Positions 50,396-59,564 are shown, numbered from the stretch's first letter. The stretch: 64,000 nucleotides of DNA from Candidatus Bathyarchaeota archaeon (GCA_963807605.1 CAWECG010000003.1:288001-352000), one strand, 5' to 3'. Notes: generated from the sequence alone by a model not told the origin. Program-made: numbers and translations.

Positions 50396-51478
50396 GTGTT
50401 TGAACGATATTTCAGAGTGATCATAATGTATTTCCTGAATGCATTTGCATTGTTTCTTGGGGGCTTGATCCCTCTACTCGCAGCTTCGAAGAAGGTACGT
50501 CTCAATCGTGGCCTTTTCCTATTGGGGTGGCTAAGTTGGGCGTGCGCAATTTCTCCCAAGATAGTCTTGACATGGGGTCTTTGGAACTTTTTCCCTTTCC
50601 TGTCCAAGCCTGACACAACCCCATACGTTCTGACGCTGCTATCCCTAGAATTGCTGGAGATTCTATCAGCTTACCTATTTCTCACGAGACACCCTCGTCT
50701 GGAGAAATTGAACCTTAATGGGCGTTTCACCTTTGCGCTAGGTTTCGGGGCTGGCGAAGCTTTCACCCTTGCAATTTCGGCATTGCTTCTTGTTGATATC
50801 TCTCCATCCTTGTCAACCATGATGGTGATGCTCGAAAGACTCTCTCTTGTAGTGACCCAGTTTGGATGGGTATCGCTGCTCGCATTCTATGTAGCAACCG
50901 ATAAAACAGTCAACTTGGCTTTGGCAGTTTTCTTCAAAATCTTTTCATCATTTATGGCTCTAACCTTGCCAATATTCTTGTTCTTGTACAGCATCTCCTT
51001 TGAGATCTCGTTAACTATCTTTGAGGGAATCTTGGCAACATTTGCTCTAATCATCTTGGTGAGTGTCTTGATTTTGCGAAAGCGGGTAGAAGACGCGGGT
51101 TCTGGGGCCACATCATTTGATTCGAGTTTCACTCTTGCGGGCATAGTTTCTTTCTGCGGTCTGGCTTTCTCAGTCGACATGTCAATTCCTCTTATTCACC
51201 TGACCCAGCCGCTGGCATTAATGACACGATATCTGATCTTCATAGTTGCAACGATGGTACTGCTTGAACTTTTTTGCTGGGCAGCCGGAAGAGCTGAATT
51301 ATCAGAAATCGCTCTAGGAGCATTCATTGGATTGTTGCTAGAGTACCTGTTCAGGCTCAACGCTGTCGGTGAATCCTTTCTCCGAGGATTGACTGTTCAG
51401 GCCATCCTTTTTTCCCCAACCTCGGCCTTCCTTGCGATATTGTCTGGGATTGCTCTTTGGAGATACGCAAGACAGTAG
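50396..51478 (+). CDS. Polytopic membrane protein, YhfC/PrsW-like intramembrane protease fold possible
   Basis: About 10 TMs; GFGAGE and ER motifs; expected His appears as Gln. Confidence 0.5.
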   Translation: MFERYFRVIIMYFLNAFALFLGGLIPLLAASKKVRLNRGLFLLGWLSWACAISPKIVLTWGLWNFFPFLSKPDTTPYVLTLLSLELLEILSAYLFLTRHPRLEKLNLNGRFTFALGFGAGEAFTLAISALLLVDISPSLSTMMVMLERLSLVVTQFGWVSLLAFYVATDKTVNLALAVFFKIFSSFMALTLPIFLFLYSISFEISLTIFEGILATFALIILVSVLILRKRVEDAGSGATSFDSSFTLAGIVSFCGLAFSVDMSIPLIHLTQPLALMTRYLIFIVATMVLLELFCWAAGRAELSEIALGAFIGLLLEYLFRLNAVGESFLRGLTVQAILFSPTSAFLAILSGIALWRYARQ

Positions 51479-51740
51479 ACCTCTACATAATTGACTGCGG
51501 CTATGCACCTTCAAATTCGATTGGACTTGCTTAACGTTCGCATGGATGAGGCTTGCTCTAAGTCAGGTTTAGCTAACTCGTAAGAACACGGTGTCACGAT
51601 TAACTGAAGTGAAGAAAGAGAACGGCTCCAGAAAAGGTCTCTCAAGCGACCCCGGATGCCGTCGTTTATTTGGCAGTCGACCCGATTTAGGATATCGTCT
51701 CCTGAGCATTAGCACTTTCAGAATCGATTTCTGATTAATT

Positions 51741-52700
51741 CTAGTCTAACCTTTTGCCCCATTTCCTCAAGACTCTGTTGATGAGCCCTAAGATGCCTTC
51801 GGGGATGAATAGTATAAGCGCTATCAAAGCAATGCCAAAGGCAATTTGAGCATAGAAGGGAAATTTGATCAGCAAAGCATCTTCTAACACATAGTATATT
51901 ACTGAACCGATTAGGGGTCCAAGTATAGTTCCAATACCGCCGAGCACCAAGCTCGCCAACATGTCAAGAACGCGACTAATTAGGAAGTAGTCAGGAAATG
52001 TATAAGCATACACTAATGTTATAACGCCGCCAGCCAGACCTGCGAAAAATGCCCCCAAAGCATACGACATGATTTTGTATCTTCGTGTGTTAACCCCCAT
52101 AGCCTCCGCGACATCCTCATCAGCCTTTATCGCTCTGAGACCATAACCCAGCCGAGACCTGTAAACGAAGTGAGTAGTCAGAAGAACAGCGAAGAAAGTT
52201 GCCAACAACATAGCAAATAGACTCTTGATGTCAAAGCTCGGAATATAACCCAAAATAGCTATGCCTCTACTTTCGCCTAATTGTTTAATATTGATTATGG
52301 TGACCCTTACAGCTTCATTTACCCCTAGCGTCGCAATCGCGAAGTAATCGCCTCTTAGTTTTAACACGGGGAATCCTATTAGCATGGCAATGCCACTTGC
52401 AAACACCCCTGCCGCAATCACGTAGACGAAGGTGGGCAATGGAGTAGCAACGAGATTAAAAGCCAATACCGCAACCACGTAGGCACCTATGCCGTAATAG
52501 ATCACGTGGCCAAAATTAATGTACCCCGAAAACCCAGTGAAGATATTCAAGCTATAGGTCAAAATCAACAATTCAATCATTGAATATAGATAAGCGGTTG
52601 TAGCATCTCCACCCACGAAACCTATGATGCCAACTACAACAGCAAAGGCGAGGCATATGGTTATACTGTTCATTCCAAAGGGATTCTTAGAGGGCATCAT
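51741..52700 (-). CDS. livM: Branched-chain amino acid ABC permease LivM
   Basis: NIFTGFSGYINFGH, LRGDYFAIATL, SRLG.GLRAI..DE..A..MGVN. Confidence 0.9.
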   Translation of the reverse strand: MMPSKNPFGMNSITICLAFAVVVGIIGFVGGDATTAYLYSMIELLILTYSLNIFTGFSGYINFGHVIYYGIGAYVVAVLAFNLVATPLPTFVYVIAAGVFASGIAMLIGFPVLKLRGDYFAIATLGVNEAVRVTIINIKQLGESRGIAILGYIPSFDIKSLFAMLLATFFAVLLTTHFVYRSRLGYGLRAIKADEDVAEAMGVNTRRYKIMSYALGAFFAGLAGGVITLVYAYTFPDYFLISRVLDMLASLVLGGIGTILGPLIGSVIYYVLEDALLIKFPFYAQIAFGIALIALILFIPEGILGLINRVLRKWGKRLD

Positions 52701-53572
52701 TGTTCCCGCCTCTTTCCGAACAGACCTTGAGGTCTAAGGAAGAAGGTCAGTACCAGTATTATGTAGGATACCGCAGGGGACATTCCTTGAGTCCAGTAGC
52801 TCCCCGTAAAGCTGGTTGCCAAACCAATTAGAAGGCCCGCAACTAGGCAGCCGACCGGGTCGCCCACCGTTCCTAGGATAACGATTGTGAAGGAGTAAAG
52901 CGTAAAGGACATGCCACCGTACGGGTCGAACGGGTATACGAGCGTGATAAGCCCTCCTGCGAACACTGTAAGAGTAATGCCAATCGCGAATCCTGCGGCG
53001 TAGATCCTATCAACATTGATCCCGACGAGACTGGCAGCTCTCCAATCTGACACCGTAGCCCGGACACTCCTCCCAAAATATGTGTACTTCAAAATCACCA
53101 GCACCAAGATTGTTGCGGCAACTGAAACAATTGCTGGAAGCAATTTGTTTCCCGGAACTATTACCGTACCCACCGCGAAGTTCGGATAGAAGACCGGTAT
53201 GGATCTGGTAAGTGGTTCCCAAGCAACCAACATGGAGTTTGATAATACGCTTGATAACCCAAAAAGTACCAGTAATGATCTCAAGCTTACTTTTCTCACA
53301 ACATGTCGAATAAGAATATAGTAGGCTGCCAAACCTAGAGCTGCCCCTATCAAGGCGGCAACTGGAAACCCAAAGATCGGATCAAGAGAAAACATTGCAT
53401 TCAGCCAAAAGACGACGTAACATCCAAGTATCAACATGTCCCCGCTTGCTATGTTGAATATCTTCATTATGCCAAATATCAACGTCATACCGACCGATGC
53501 TAATGCCATGATCAGTCCTACAAGAAGACCCGTAACAACAGTCTGCGCAAAAAGCTCCATCACCATGCTCAT
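52697..53572 (-). CDS. livH: Branched-chain amino acid ABC permease LivH
   Basis: G.TLIFG.MKIFNIA.G, T.FGR..RA......A.L.GIN. Confidence 0.9.
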   Translation of the reverse strand: MSMVMELFAQTVVTGLLVGLIMALASVGMTLIFGIMKIFNIASGDMLILGCYVVFWLNAMFSLDPIFGFPVAALIGAALGLAAYYILIRHVVRKVSLRSLLVLFGLSSVLSNSMLVAWEPLTRSIPVFYPNFAVGTVIVPGNKLLPAIVSVAATILVLVILKYTYFGRSVRATVSDWRAASLVGINVDRIYAAGFAIGITLTVFAGGLITLVYPFDPYGGMSFTLYSFTIVILGTVGDPVGCLVAGLLIGLATSFTGSYWTQGMSPAVSYIILVLTFFLRPQGLFGKRREQ

Positions 53573-53630
53573 TCATCCCATGAAAAGCGAGTGCTATTCC
53601 ATACAAGAGAAGAAAGAAAAGATTTGCGGT

Positions 53631-53831
53631 CTAAAGAGTGGACCATTTTGCAATTGGATATCTCAGCGGGGCTTTGGCAACTTTGTCTGGGTAGGCGTAG
53701 ACTGGTTTGCCATCCTGCCATTGGAGCGCTGACATCTTGTGGCCTGTCTGCCAGACGAGGGCGCCACCGGCGTATTTCAGATACTTTCGTCCAGTAACCT
53801 TGTTATAATCGCTCTTCTTCTCATCACTCAA
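53631..53831 (-). pseudogene. Internally deleted substrate-binding protein
   Basis: Signal MSDEKK...RKYLKYAGGA joined directly to WQTGHKMSALQWQDGKP...KWSTL, near-identical to the end of the 29959 protein; about 380 codons missing. Confidence 0.9.
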
Positions 53832-54021
53832 GTCGAGCACCCAGAACTGCCAGTAAAGAATGTCCATATTTATGCGTTTCTAAGGGTGCTAGGATTGTTC
53901 GTGCCATAAGGCGTATTCCCGGCGTCGTCTGTAATATGGTTGATGAGAAGTCTCTTCGATGATATTTCGAAAGAGGTTGAGAAAGCACCATGATAGATGG
54001 TTGCTCGCACCTAGCCGGCTG

Positions 54022-54429
54022 CTATTGACTGTTTTTCTCGTCGAACTCCTTCCTTAACTCTTTGTCAAGCTGTTCCTTCAGAGAGAAATACTTTTTGAAC
54101 CTACTATTCCATTTCGAGAGAAAGGTATATTCTCTAATTCCGACTGCAAGCCAGAGTGAAGCCACAATTAGGATAATGCCAAAATAGATGAGTGATATGG
54201 CTCCCAGTATAGGATCCACCCTGAAGATGATGAAAACCAATCTTCTGTGAAGCAGAAGAGACAGTGTGAAGAAGAGAGATATCGGTGCTGCGAGAATCGA
54301 TGTCAAGACAAGAATGTTAAACCAAGTCCTCTCCGCATTTATATGAAGAATCAACGCATCGATCATCTCCAAGAGCCCCCCCTCCTCTTGACCGCCTTCT
54401 TGTTCGTTCTGAGTCATTTTCTCAGCCAA
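54022..54429 (-). CDS. Two-TM membrane protein of unknown function
   Basis: Two hydrophobic helices followed by a charged C-terminal helix. Confidence 0.65.
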   Translation of the reverse strand: MAEKMTQNEQEGGQEEGGLLEMIDALILHINAERTWFNILVLTSILAAPISLFFTLSLLLHRRLVFIIFRVDPILGAISLIYFGIILIVASLWLAVGIREYTFLSKWNSRFKKYFSLKEQLDKELRKEFDEKNSQ

Positions 54430-54473
54430 TTCAAACTCGACCCATCACTAATAAATTGATTCCGTAACTTTGT

Positions 54474-54800
54474 TCATATACCCTTCTTTATTCTCGGAAA
54501 CATCGCCTCGTAAGGTTCGAGTATTCTCTTGCAGAAGGCCAAGCCGGCTTCTGTCGCTCTGTAAATGGTCACTCTCCTACGTCCGTGTAGCGCCTCACTC
54601 TTAGTTATGAGGCCTTTCGCCTCCATATCGTCTAGTATGGGCTTGTGTTTTCGCAGGTTGAGCCCACAGTAACTAAGAAGCGCAGTCTGATTCAGAGATC
54701 CGTATTGAATCAGTTTCAATATTATGTCTTTACGGATGTATACTCTGTCGCGGTATTCGCTAGTTGTCGACAATGTTCTCACCGGCGACCATCGTGACAC
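54474..54800 (-). CDS. Winged helix-turn-helix protein
   Basis: YRDRVYI..DI, T.L.SYCGLN, L.DME.KGLI, Y..T..G. Confidence 0.75.
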   Translation of the reverse strand: MSRWSPVRTLSTTSEYRDRVYIRKDIILKLIQYGSLNQTALLSYCGLNLRKHKPILDDMEAKGLITKSEALHGRRRVTIYRATEAGLAFCKRILEPYEAMFPRIKKGI

Positions 54801-54880
54801 CTAAAGGACTTTCGGGCATCCGTGTCTTTTCCCGAAGCGATATGTCCTCAAGCTTGGATCTCCAGCGATTGCAGATCGAG

Positions 54881-55417
54881 TCAGATGATATATCTCTGGT
54901 TTTCCCTCTCAAGATCCTTTACTATTTCAACAACCCTCTTGGGCGCCTCAATCTCATCCAACGGCAAACCCTTAAGGATAGACCATGGACCTAATCTGGC
55001 CAGATGAGAAGCTACGTGATTCTCTCCGAAAGATTCGTTAGATATCTTGTACACCAACGGTCTCACGCTATACTCCTCAACGTACCCTAGCGAATGAAGA
55101 TACTCATGCAGAAGGATTGTGTATATGAAGGCATTAATTACATTTCTCGACTTTGCTGTTGACTCTACGATTTGGAGGAGAGCCCCCTTCACGATTATTG
55201 CATTTGAACCCAGCGGATGATAAGCTCCCAATTGTAGCGGGAGATCATCAAGGTAAACCATAAGTCCAACCCTATATCTGTCCAGCGATCTCTTCACAGT
55301 GTCTTTGACGATTTCGTATACGTCGCTGAGACTCTTTGCCTCAGCCAGGCGGACCCTGAACTCTTTCACTGAGGATTCTTTTGCGTCAGATCCTCCCAAT
55401 TCGCTATGAGTATTCAA
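54881..55417 (-). CDS. Small HEYLH zincin-like protein, paralog 3
   Basis: GAYHPLGSN.I, LLHEYLHSLG, E..VR, GPW. Confidence 0.7.
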   Translation of the reverse strand: MNTHSELGGSDAKESSVKEFRVRLAEAKSLSDVYEIVKDTVKRSLDRYRVGLMVYLDDLPLQLGAYHPLGSNAIIVKGALLQIVESTAKSRNVINAFIYTILLHEYLHSLGYVEEYSVRPLVYKISNESFGENHVASHLARLGPWSILKGLPLDEIEAPKRVVEIVKDLERENQRYII

Positions 55418-55673
55418 CCGGAGTAACCGCCAGTCTCTCAGTGCATGCTGTTTAGATCTTCATGGAGAAGACAAAATAGCTTTAGCCTCTGTCCAACAGG
55501 CATTCCTACTAACAGGAACATGTTCTGTTTTGCGCTTGGGGCTTTCGCTAAGGAGACGGCTCTTCTGGAACTTACTCCTGCCAGCACGTAAGTGCGCGTT
55601 TTTGAGTTAGACGATGCCCGAGCCTTTTGTGAATTCTCCAAACTGGAGTCTGTCTCCGAGTGATTTTCTGGTT

Positions 55674-56384
55674 CTATGGCAGAAGTCTATAGTAGACCCG
55701 TCTGTTGTTCCTACCTTTGTTTTCGGCTTTTAGAAACTCTATTTGGCCAACCTCTCTTAGGCTCCGGACGTGGGTTCCAGCGTCAGCCTGTTTATCGACA
55801 CCCTCTATCTCCACGATCCTTAACTCGGATACTTGCGGTGGCAAGGCTTCAGCCATCTTGATTACGCCTGGAATCTTGAGTGCTTCCTCGCGTGGAAGAG
55901 TGTAGGTTTTTACTGGCACATCCTTCTTGAAGAGTTGATTGGCCTTATCGATACATTCCATGAAGAGATCTCTATCAAAAATCTCCAAGTTGAAGTCAAA
56001 TCTAGACTTTTCCATGGTCAACTCGTTTCCAGTGACCAGTGCGTTTGTCTTATTGCAGAGAACTGCTATTAGAACATGGGCAGCCGTGTGGCTTCGCATC
56101 ATGCGGTATCTTCTGTTCCAATCAATCTGGCAGTGTAGTGTATCCCTAATTCTTAGTCCTTCTCGATCGACCTCATGAGAAATCTCGCCGAAGGACTTTC
56201 CGACATTCATGACATTGAAGACTTCACCTTTTCTTGTCATGTCTCCTACATCATTGAGTTGACCTCCGCCTTTAGGGTAGAATACTGTTTGGTCCAGAAC
56301 TACGTACTTGGAGTCGCTGATCTTGGTGATTGTTGCATCGCATTCTTTCAGGTACGCGTCATCCATGTAAAGCAGCTTGCTCAT
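55674..56384 (-). CDS. alaX: Alanyl-tRNA editing protein AlaX-M
   Basis: LYMDD, T.FYP.GGGQ..D, MRSHTAAH, ADAGTHV. Confidence 0.92.
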   Translation of the reverse strand: MSKLLYMDDAYLKECDATITKISDSKYVVLDQTVFYPKGGGQLNDVGDMTRKGEVFNVMNVGKSFGEISHEVDREGLRIRDTLHCQIDWNRRYRMMRSHTAAHVLIAVLCNKTNALVTGNELTMEKSRFDFNLEIFDRDLFMECIDKANQLFKKDVPVKTYTLPREEALKIPGVIKMAEALPPQVSELRIVEIEGVDKQADAGTHVRSLREVGQIEFLKAENKGRNNRRVYYRLLP

Positions 56385-56465
56385 CGTGTGTAACCTCAAG
56401 AGAACCTGTTGGATCTGTATTTTAAGTCAAGCTGTCAAACATCAGAAGTGCTTGAAGGTGAGTTA

Positions 56466-56566
56466 TGGAGCCCCGGCTGGGCTTCGATCCCAGGACTTAC
56501 GGCTTACGAAGCCGTCGCTCTGCCAGGCTGAGCTTTCCCGCCTGTACTATCTTCAGGAACCGGGGC
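56466..56566 (-). tRNA. tRNA-Thr(CGT) with a 24-nt intron at non-canonical position 8/9 (56535-56558); CCA encoded
   Basis: Spliced sequence: GCCCCGG TA GCTC AGCCTGGCA GAGC G ACGGC TT CGT AA GCCGT AAGTC CTGGG ATCGAAG CCCAG CCGGGGC T CCA; strict BHB at the junctions. Confidence 0.9.
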
Positions 56567-56672
56567 GGAAAAACCGGGGCACGACGATCTTGATTGGTGA
56601 TACTCATAAGGATTTTTAGGTGCGTTCGATTGGGATCCATTCAGTATTCCATGAACGTGGACGAAGATCCCC

Positions 56673-57665
56673 ATGTCAAGCAAACAAGGATTGGGCGAGA
56701 GAAGAATCATTGAGGTTATAGTTGATCTGCAAGACAAGATGCGCAATAACCCTCTGCCGTTCGGTGACGATGTCTCGGCTGTGCGAATAGGTGGAGGAAA
56801 ACTGGCCGTCTTAAAATGCGACATGCTAGTAGGGCTCACAGACGTTCCCAAGGGTATGAGCCTCCGGCAGGCCTCAAGGAAAGCTGTTGTCTCTAGCGTA
56901 AGCGACTTCGCCGCCAAAGGAGTTCAACCTCAGGCTCTGCTGGCCTCGCTGGGATTGCCCAGAAGATTTGGCTATGAAGATGTCAAAGAGATCGGTTTGG
57001 GACTCAACTCCGGCGCAAGAGAGTATAATACGTACGTCCTAGGCGGGGACACTAACGAATCTACAGATCTCACCGTAGATGTTTCCGCTTTCGGCATTTG
57101 CAGAGAGAAGGAACTTGTCCGTCGTGACACGGCAAAGCCAGGAGACGTGGTCGCAGTGACAGGCGACTTCGGACTGACTGCGCTGGGTCTGAGAGTGACT
57201 AAGGACCACTTGGAAGTTCCTCAGAAACTAAAGGAGGCAGCAGCTCACTCGATATACATGCCTAAGGCGAGACTGATTGAGGGTCTGGCACTTGCCGGGA
57301 ATCACCTCGTTTCCGCATCCATTGACTCGAGCGACGGCCTAGCTTGGAGTCTGTATGAACTTGCTAGATCAAGTAAAGTTGGATTCGAGATCGAGAACCT
57401 ACCGATTGATAGAAAAGTCGAAGAATTCGCTCTCAGAAATAACCTAAGTCCTTCGGATCTTGCTCTGTACGGTGGGGAAGAATACGAGTTGGTCGTAACC
57501 ATTAAACCCACAATGCTCGGAAAAGCCAAGAGGAAAGTCTCCGGACTAAAACCTATAGGGAGGGTCACGACGGAGCACGGTAAGATCAATCTGAAATCGG
57601 GCGGTGAGATCCATGAGATCGCGCCTAGAGGCTACGAGCACCTGGTGCACGGAGGATCTTCCTAG
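56673..57665 (+). CDS. thiL: Thiamine-monophosphate kinase
   Basis: GDDV, CDML, SDFAAKG, GGDTN, IDSSDGL, GGEEYEL, GYEH. Confidence 0.93.
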   Translation: MSSKQGLGERRIIEVIVDLQDKMRNNPLPFGDDVSAVRIGGGKLAVLKCDMLVGLTDVPKGMSLRQASRKAVVSSVSDFAAKGVQPQALLASLGLPRRFGYEDVKEIGLGLNSGAREYNTYVLGGDTNESTDLTVDVSAFGICREKELVRRDTAKPGDVVAVTGDFGLTALGLRVTKDHLEVPQKLKEAAAHSIYMPKARLIEGLALAGNHLVSASIDSSDGLAWSLYELARSSKVGFEIENLPIDRKVEEFALRNNLSPSDLALYGGEEYELVVTIKPTMLGKAKRKVSGLKPIGRVTTEHGKINLKSGGEIHEIAPRGYEHLVHGGSS

Positions 57666-57998
57666 AGCTTTTTCTTAACTGGGTCTTGAGAGCAGACTGT
57701 ATATTAAGGGCTGATTCCAATGTCTGGCATGCTTGTCAGGCCTCACATGAGGTGGGCATGTGCAACCTCTAATCACATATCTAGTGATCGTTGCATTGAA
57801 GAATGCTGATACTGTCTGTAGACTAGAAACTCGTTGATGTTTTAGGGGAGGCTTCGACCGTGCTCGACATATCTCGTCGGCTAACAGGCGGGCGCGCACT
57901 GATTGGTGGAACCAATCTCGACTTGCGTTCACGTTTGTCGAGTACGTACTCTCAGACGAAAGCACGTAGGTCATCTGGAAAATGGGGGTTCACAACAA

Positions 57999-58814
57999 TT
58001 GAAGCTTGATCTGGGTCTCTTGTCTGACAGTATACTTATGCTGTTCTTAGGCGTAGTCTGCCTAGTCTTCGTACTGTTCATCTCACTCCCGTTGGTAGCT
58101 GTCTTCCTGAATCTCGACCTTAACAAGGTATTAGTGCAATTGAAGAACCCGGAGATCGTAAGTGCCCTAACAATCGGTTTGGTAACATCCTTCCTGGCCA
58201 CTCTGGCTTCTTTTGTCTTTGGAGTTCCGACAGCCTATCTGCTGGCGACTAGAAAGTTCCCTGGAAGGACACTAATCGATACTATACTTGATGTTCCAAT
58301 AGTCCTGCCGCCAGCAGTCGCCGGTGTAGCGCTCCTGCTGGTTTTTGCTCCAAGAGGCCTCCTCGGGCCTATGCTACGGAAATCCGGGATAATCCTGCCA
58401 GGGAGCACAGTCGCCGTTATTATAGCGCAGGTATTTGTCGCATCCCCGTTTCTGTTGAGATCCGCAAAGACAGCATTTGAGAGCATCGACCGAACGCTTA
58501 TCGATAGCGCTAAAATGTTGAACCCTTCAAGGTTCAGAGTCTTCGTGACTGTCACTTTGCCTCTGGCTACACATGGTCTCCTGGCTGGAACGATAATGAC
58601 CTGGGCCAGGTCTATGGGTGAGTTTGGTGCAACCCTGATGTTTGCGGGAAACCTGCCTGGTGTAACCCAGACTATGCCTCTGGCAATCTACATGCTGCTT
58701 GCTGAGGATCCTCTGGCATCGAATGTGTTATCCGCGATTCTGGTGGCAGTCTCATTCTCTGTCCTCGCCGTCTTCAAACTTCTGGGACGGAAAAGGTACG
58801 GTGCAAGACTGTAA
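57999..58814 (+). CDS. modB: Molybdate/tungstate ABC permease (ModB type), orphan in this window
   Basis: PIVLPPAVAG, FVASPF, ARSMGEFGAT..FAGN..G.TQTMPLAIY; start uncertain. Confidence 0.85.
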   Translation: MKLDLGLLSDSILMLFLGVVCLVFVLFISLPLVAVFLNLDLNKVLVQLKNPEIVSALTIGLVTSFLATLASFVFGVPTAYLLATRKFPGRTLIDTILDVPIVLPPAVAGVALLLVFAPRGLLGPMLRKSGIILPGSTVAVIIAQVFVASPFLLRSAKTAFESIDRTLIDSAKMLNPSRFRVFVTVTLPLATHGLLAGTIMTWARSMGEFGATLMFAGNLPGVTQTMPLAIYMLLAEDPLASNVLSAILVAVSFSVLAVFKLLGRKRYGARL

Positions 58815-59228
58815 TCAAACTCAAGAATGCCAAGAAACAATTGGCAGGCAGTACTGAGAGGAATAACATCAAATGTGCGAAAGCATGAACTTCTAACAGC
58901 AGCGGGCCCCGTCCTATTCGAACCCGTATAGGTATGAACCGGCGTGAATTCTATAGGCGATTCTAAAAGCGAGAACGCTGCGAATCCCGCCCGGTCCACC
59001 ACAAAAATTATCCGAACCCTTTTCTTCTTGGCGGGCCCGGTGGAACTCGCCTAGAAGATTAAGCGAATCTCTTCACATGCATAACTTTAGGCTGTCGGGA
59101 AATTCCAGATTTGTGTGTGGTTTTCAATTGGCTAAGTTTTCCTGTGGGTGCTAATGACTTAAGAGTTTAGGACCTAATTGCCTAAGTCTTTTTGAATTGC
59201 TAAAGGCTTATATCGTTACAAGCCGCGC

Positions 59229-59402
59229 TTGTCGAAGAAATCGAAGCCACACTTGCCAGGGATTCTGAAACACAACATACCGAGGCTCATAGAAGAGATC
59301 GGCAGAACATATGGGAAAGAAGGCTCCAAGGCGGCAGAAGAGTTGGGGAAGGCTGTCCAATCATCGATAAGACAGGTTGAGAGCCTGAAGAGAAGGAAAT
59401 AG
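59229..59402 (+). CDS. Small 57-aa helical hypothetical protein (not in the ORF track)
   Basis: MSKKSKPHLPGILKHNIPRLIEEIGRTYGKEGSKAAEELGKAVQSSIRQVESLKRRK; BRE/TATA AAAGGCTTATAT about 20 nt upstream. Confidence 0.45.
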   Translation: MSKKSKPHLPGILKHNIPRLIEEIGRTYGKEGSKAAEELGKAVQSSIRQVESLKRRK

Positions 59403-59564
59403 GCTCCCACGAAACCTTAACTAAAAGACCAAAAAGTCACAAGCTAATCCCACACTATGAAATGCACGGAATACTACGTGGAGATCTAGCGTGCCTGCGC
59501 GCATACTCTTGCCGCAGATGAATGCGTGATAACGTGTCTTATTGAATGGACGCGGGTTCTTAGC

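Noticed and set aside
55438-55641. 67-aa ORF between alaX and the HEYLH gene
   Set aside because: No recognisable motif; cannot distinguish from a spurious ORF.
56466-56542. tRNA-Thr as a pseudo-tRNA or split half with a mismatched acceptor
   Set aside because: The matching 5' strand lies 24 nt upstream with an exact BHB, so a cis intron explains it.
57666-57998. Moco/tungsten riboswitch upstream of modB
   Set aside because: Only short hairpins; no recognisable conserved architecture.
58895-59001. Intron-containing tRNA-Ala on the plus strand
   Set aside because: No D arm, anticodon arm or 5' acceptor strand can be assembled upstream.
25660-59004. 33-kb integrated element bounded by CCCGGTCCACCACAA direct repeats
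   Set aside because: No integrase, no full tRNA at either end, core genes (trpS, thiL, tRNAs) lie inside, and a 15-mer repeat can arise by chance.
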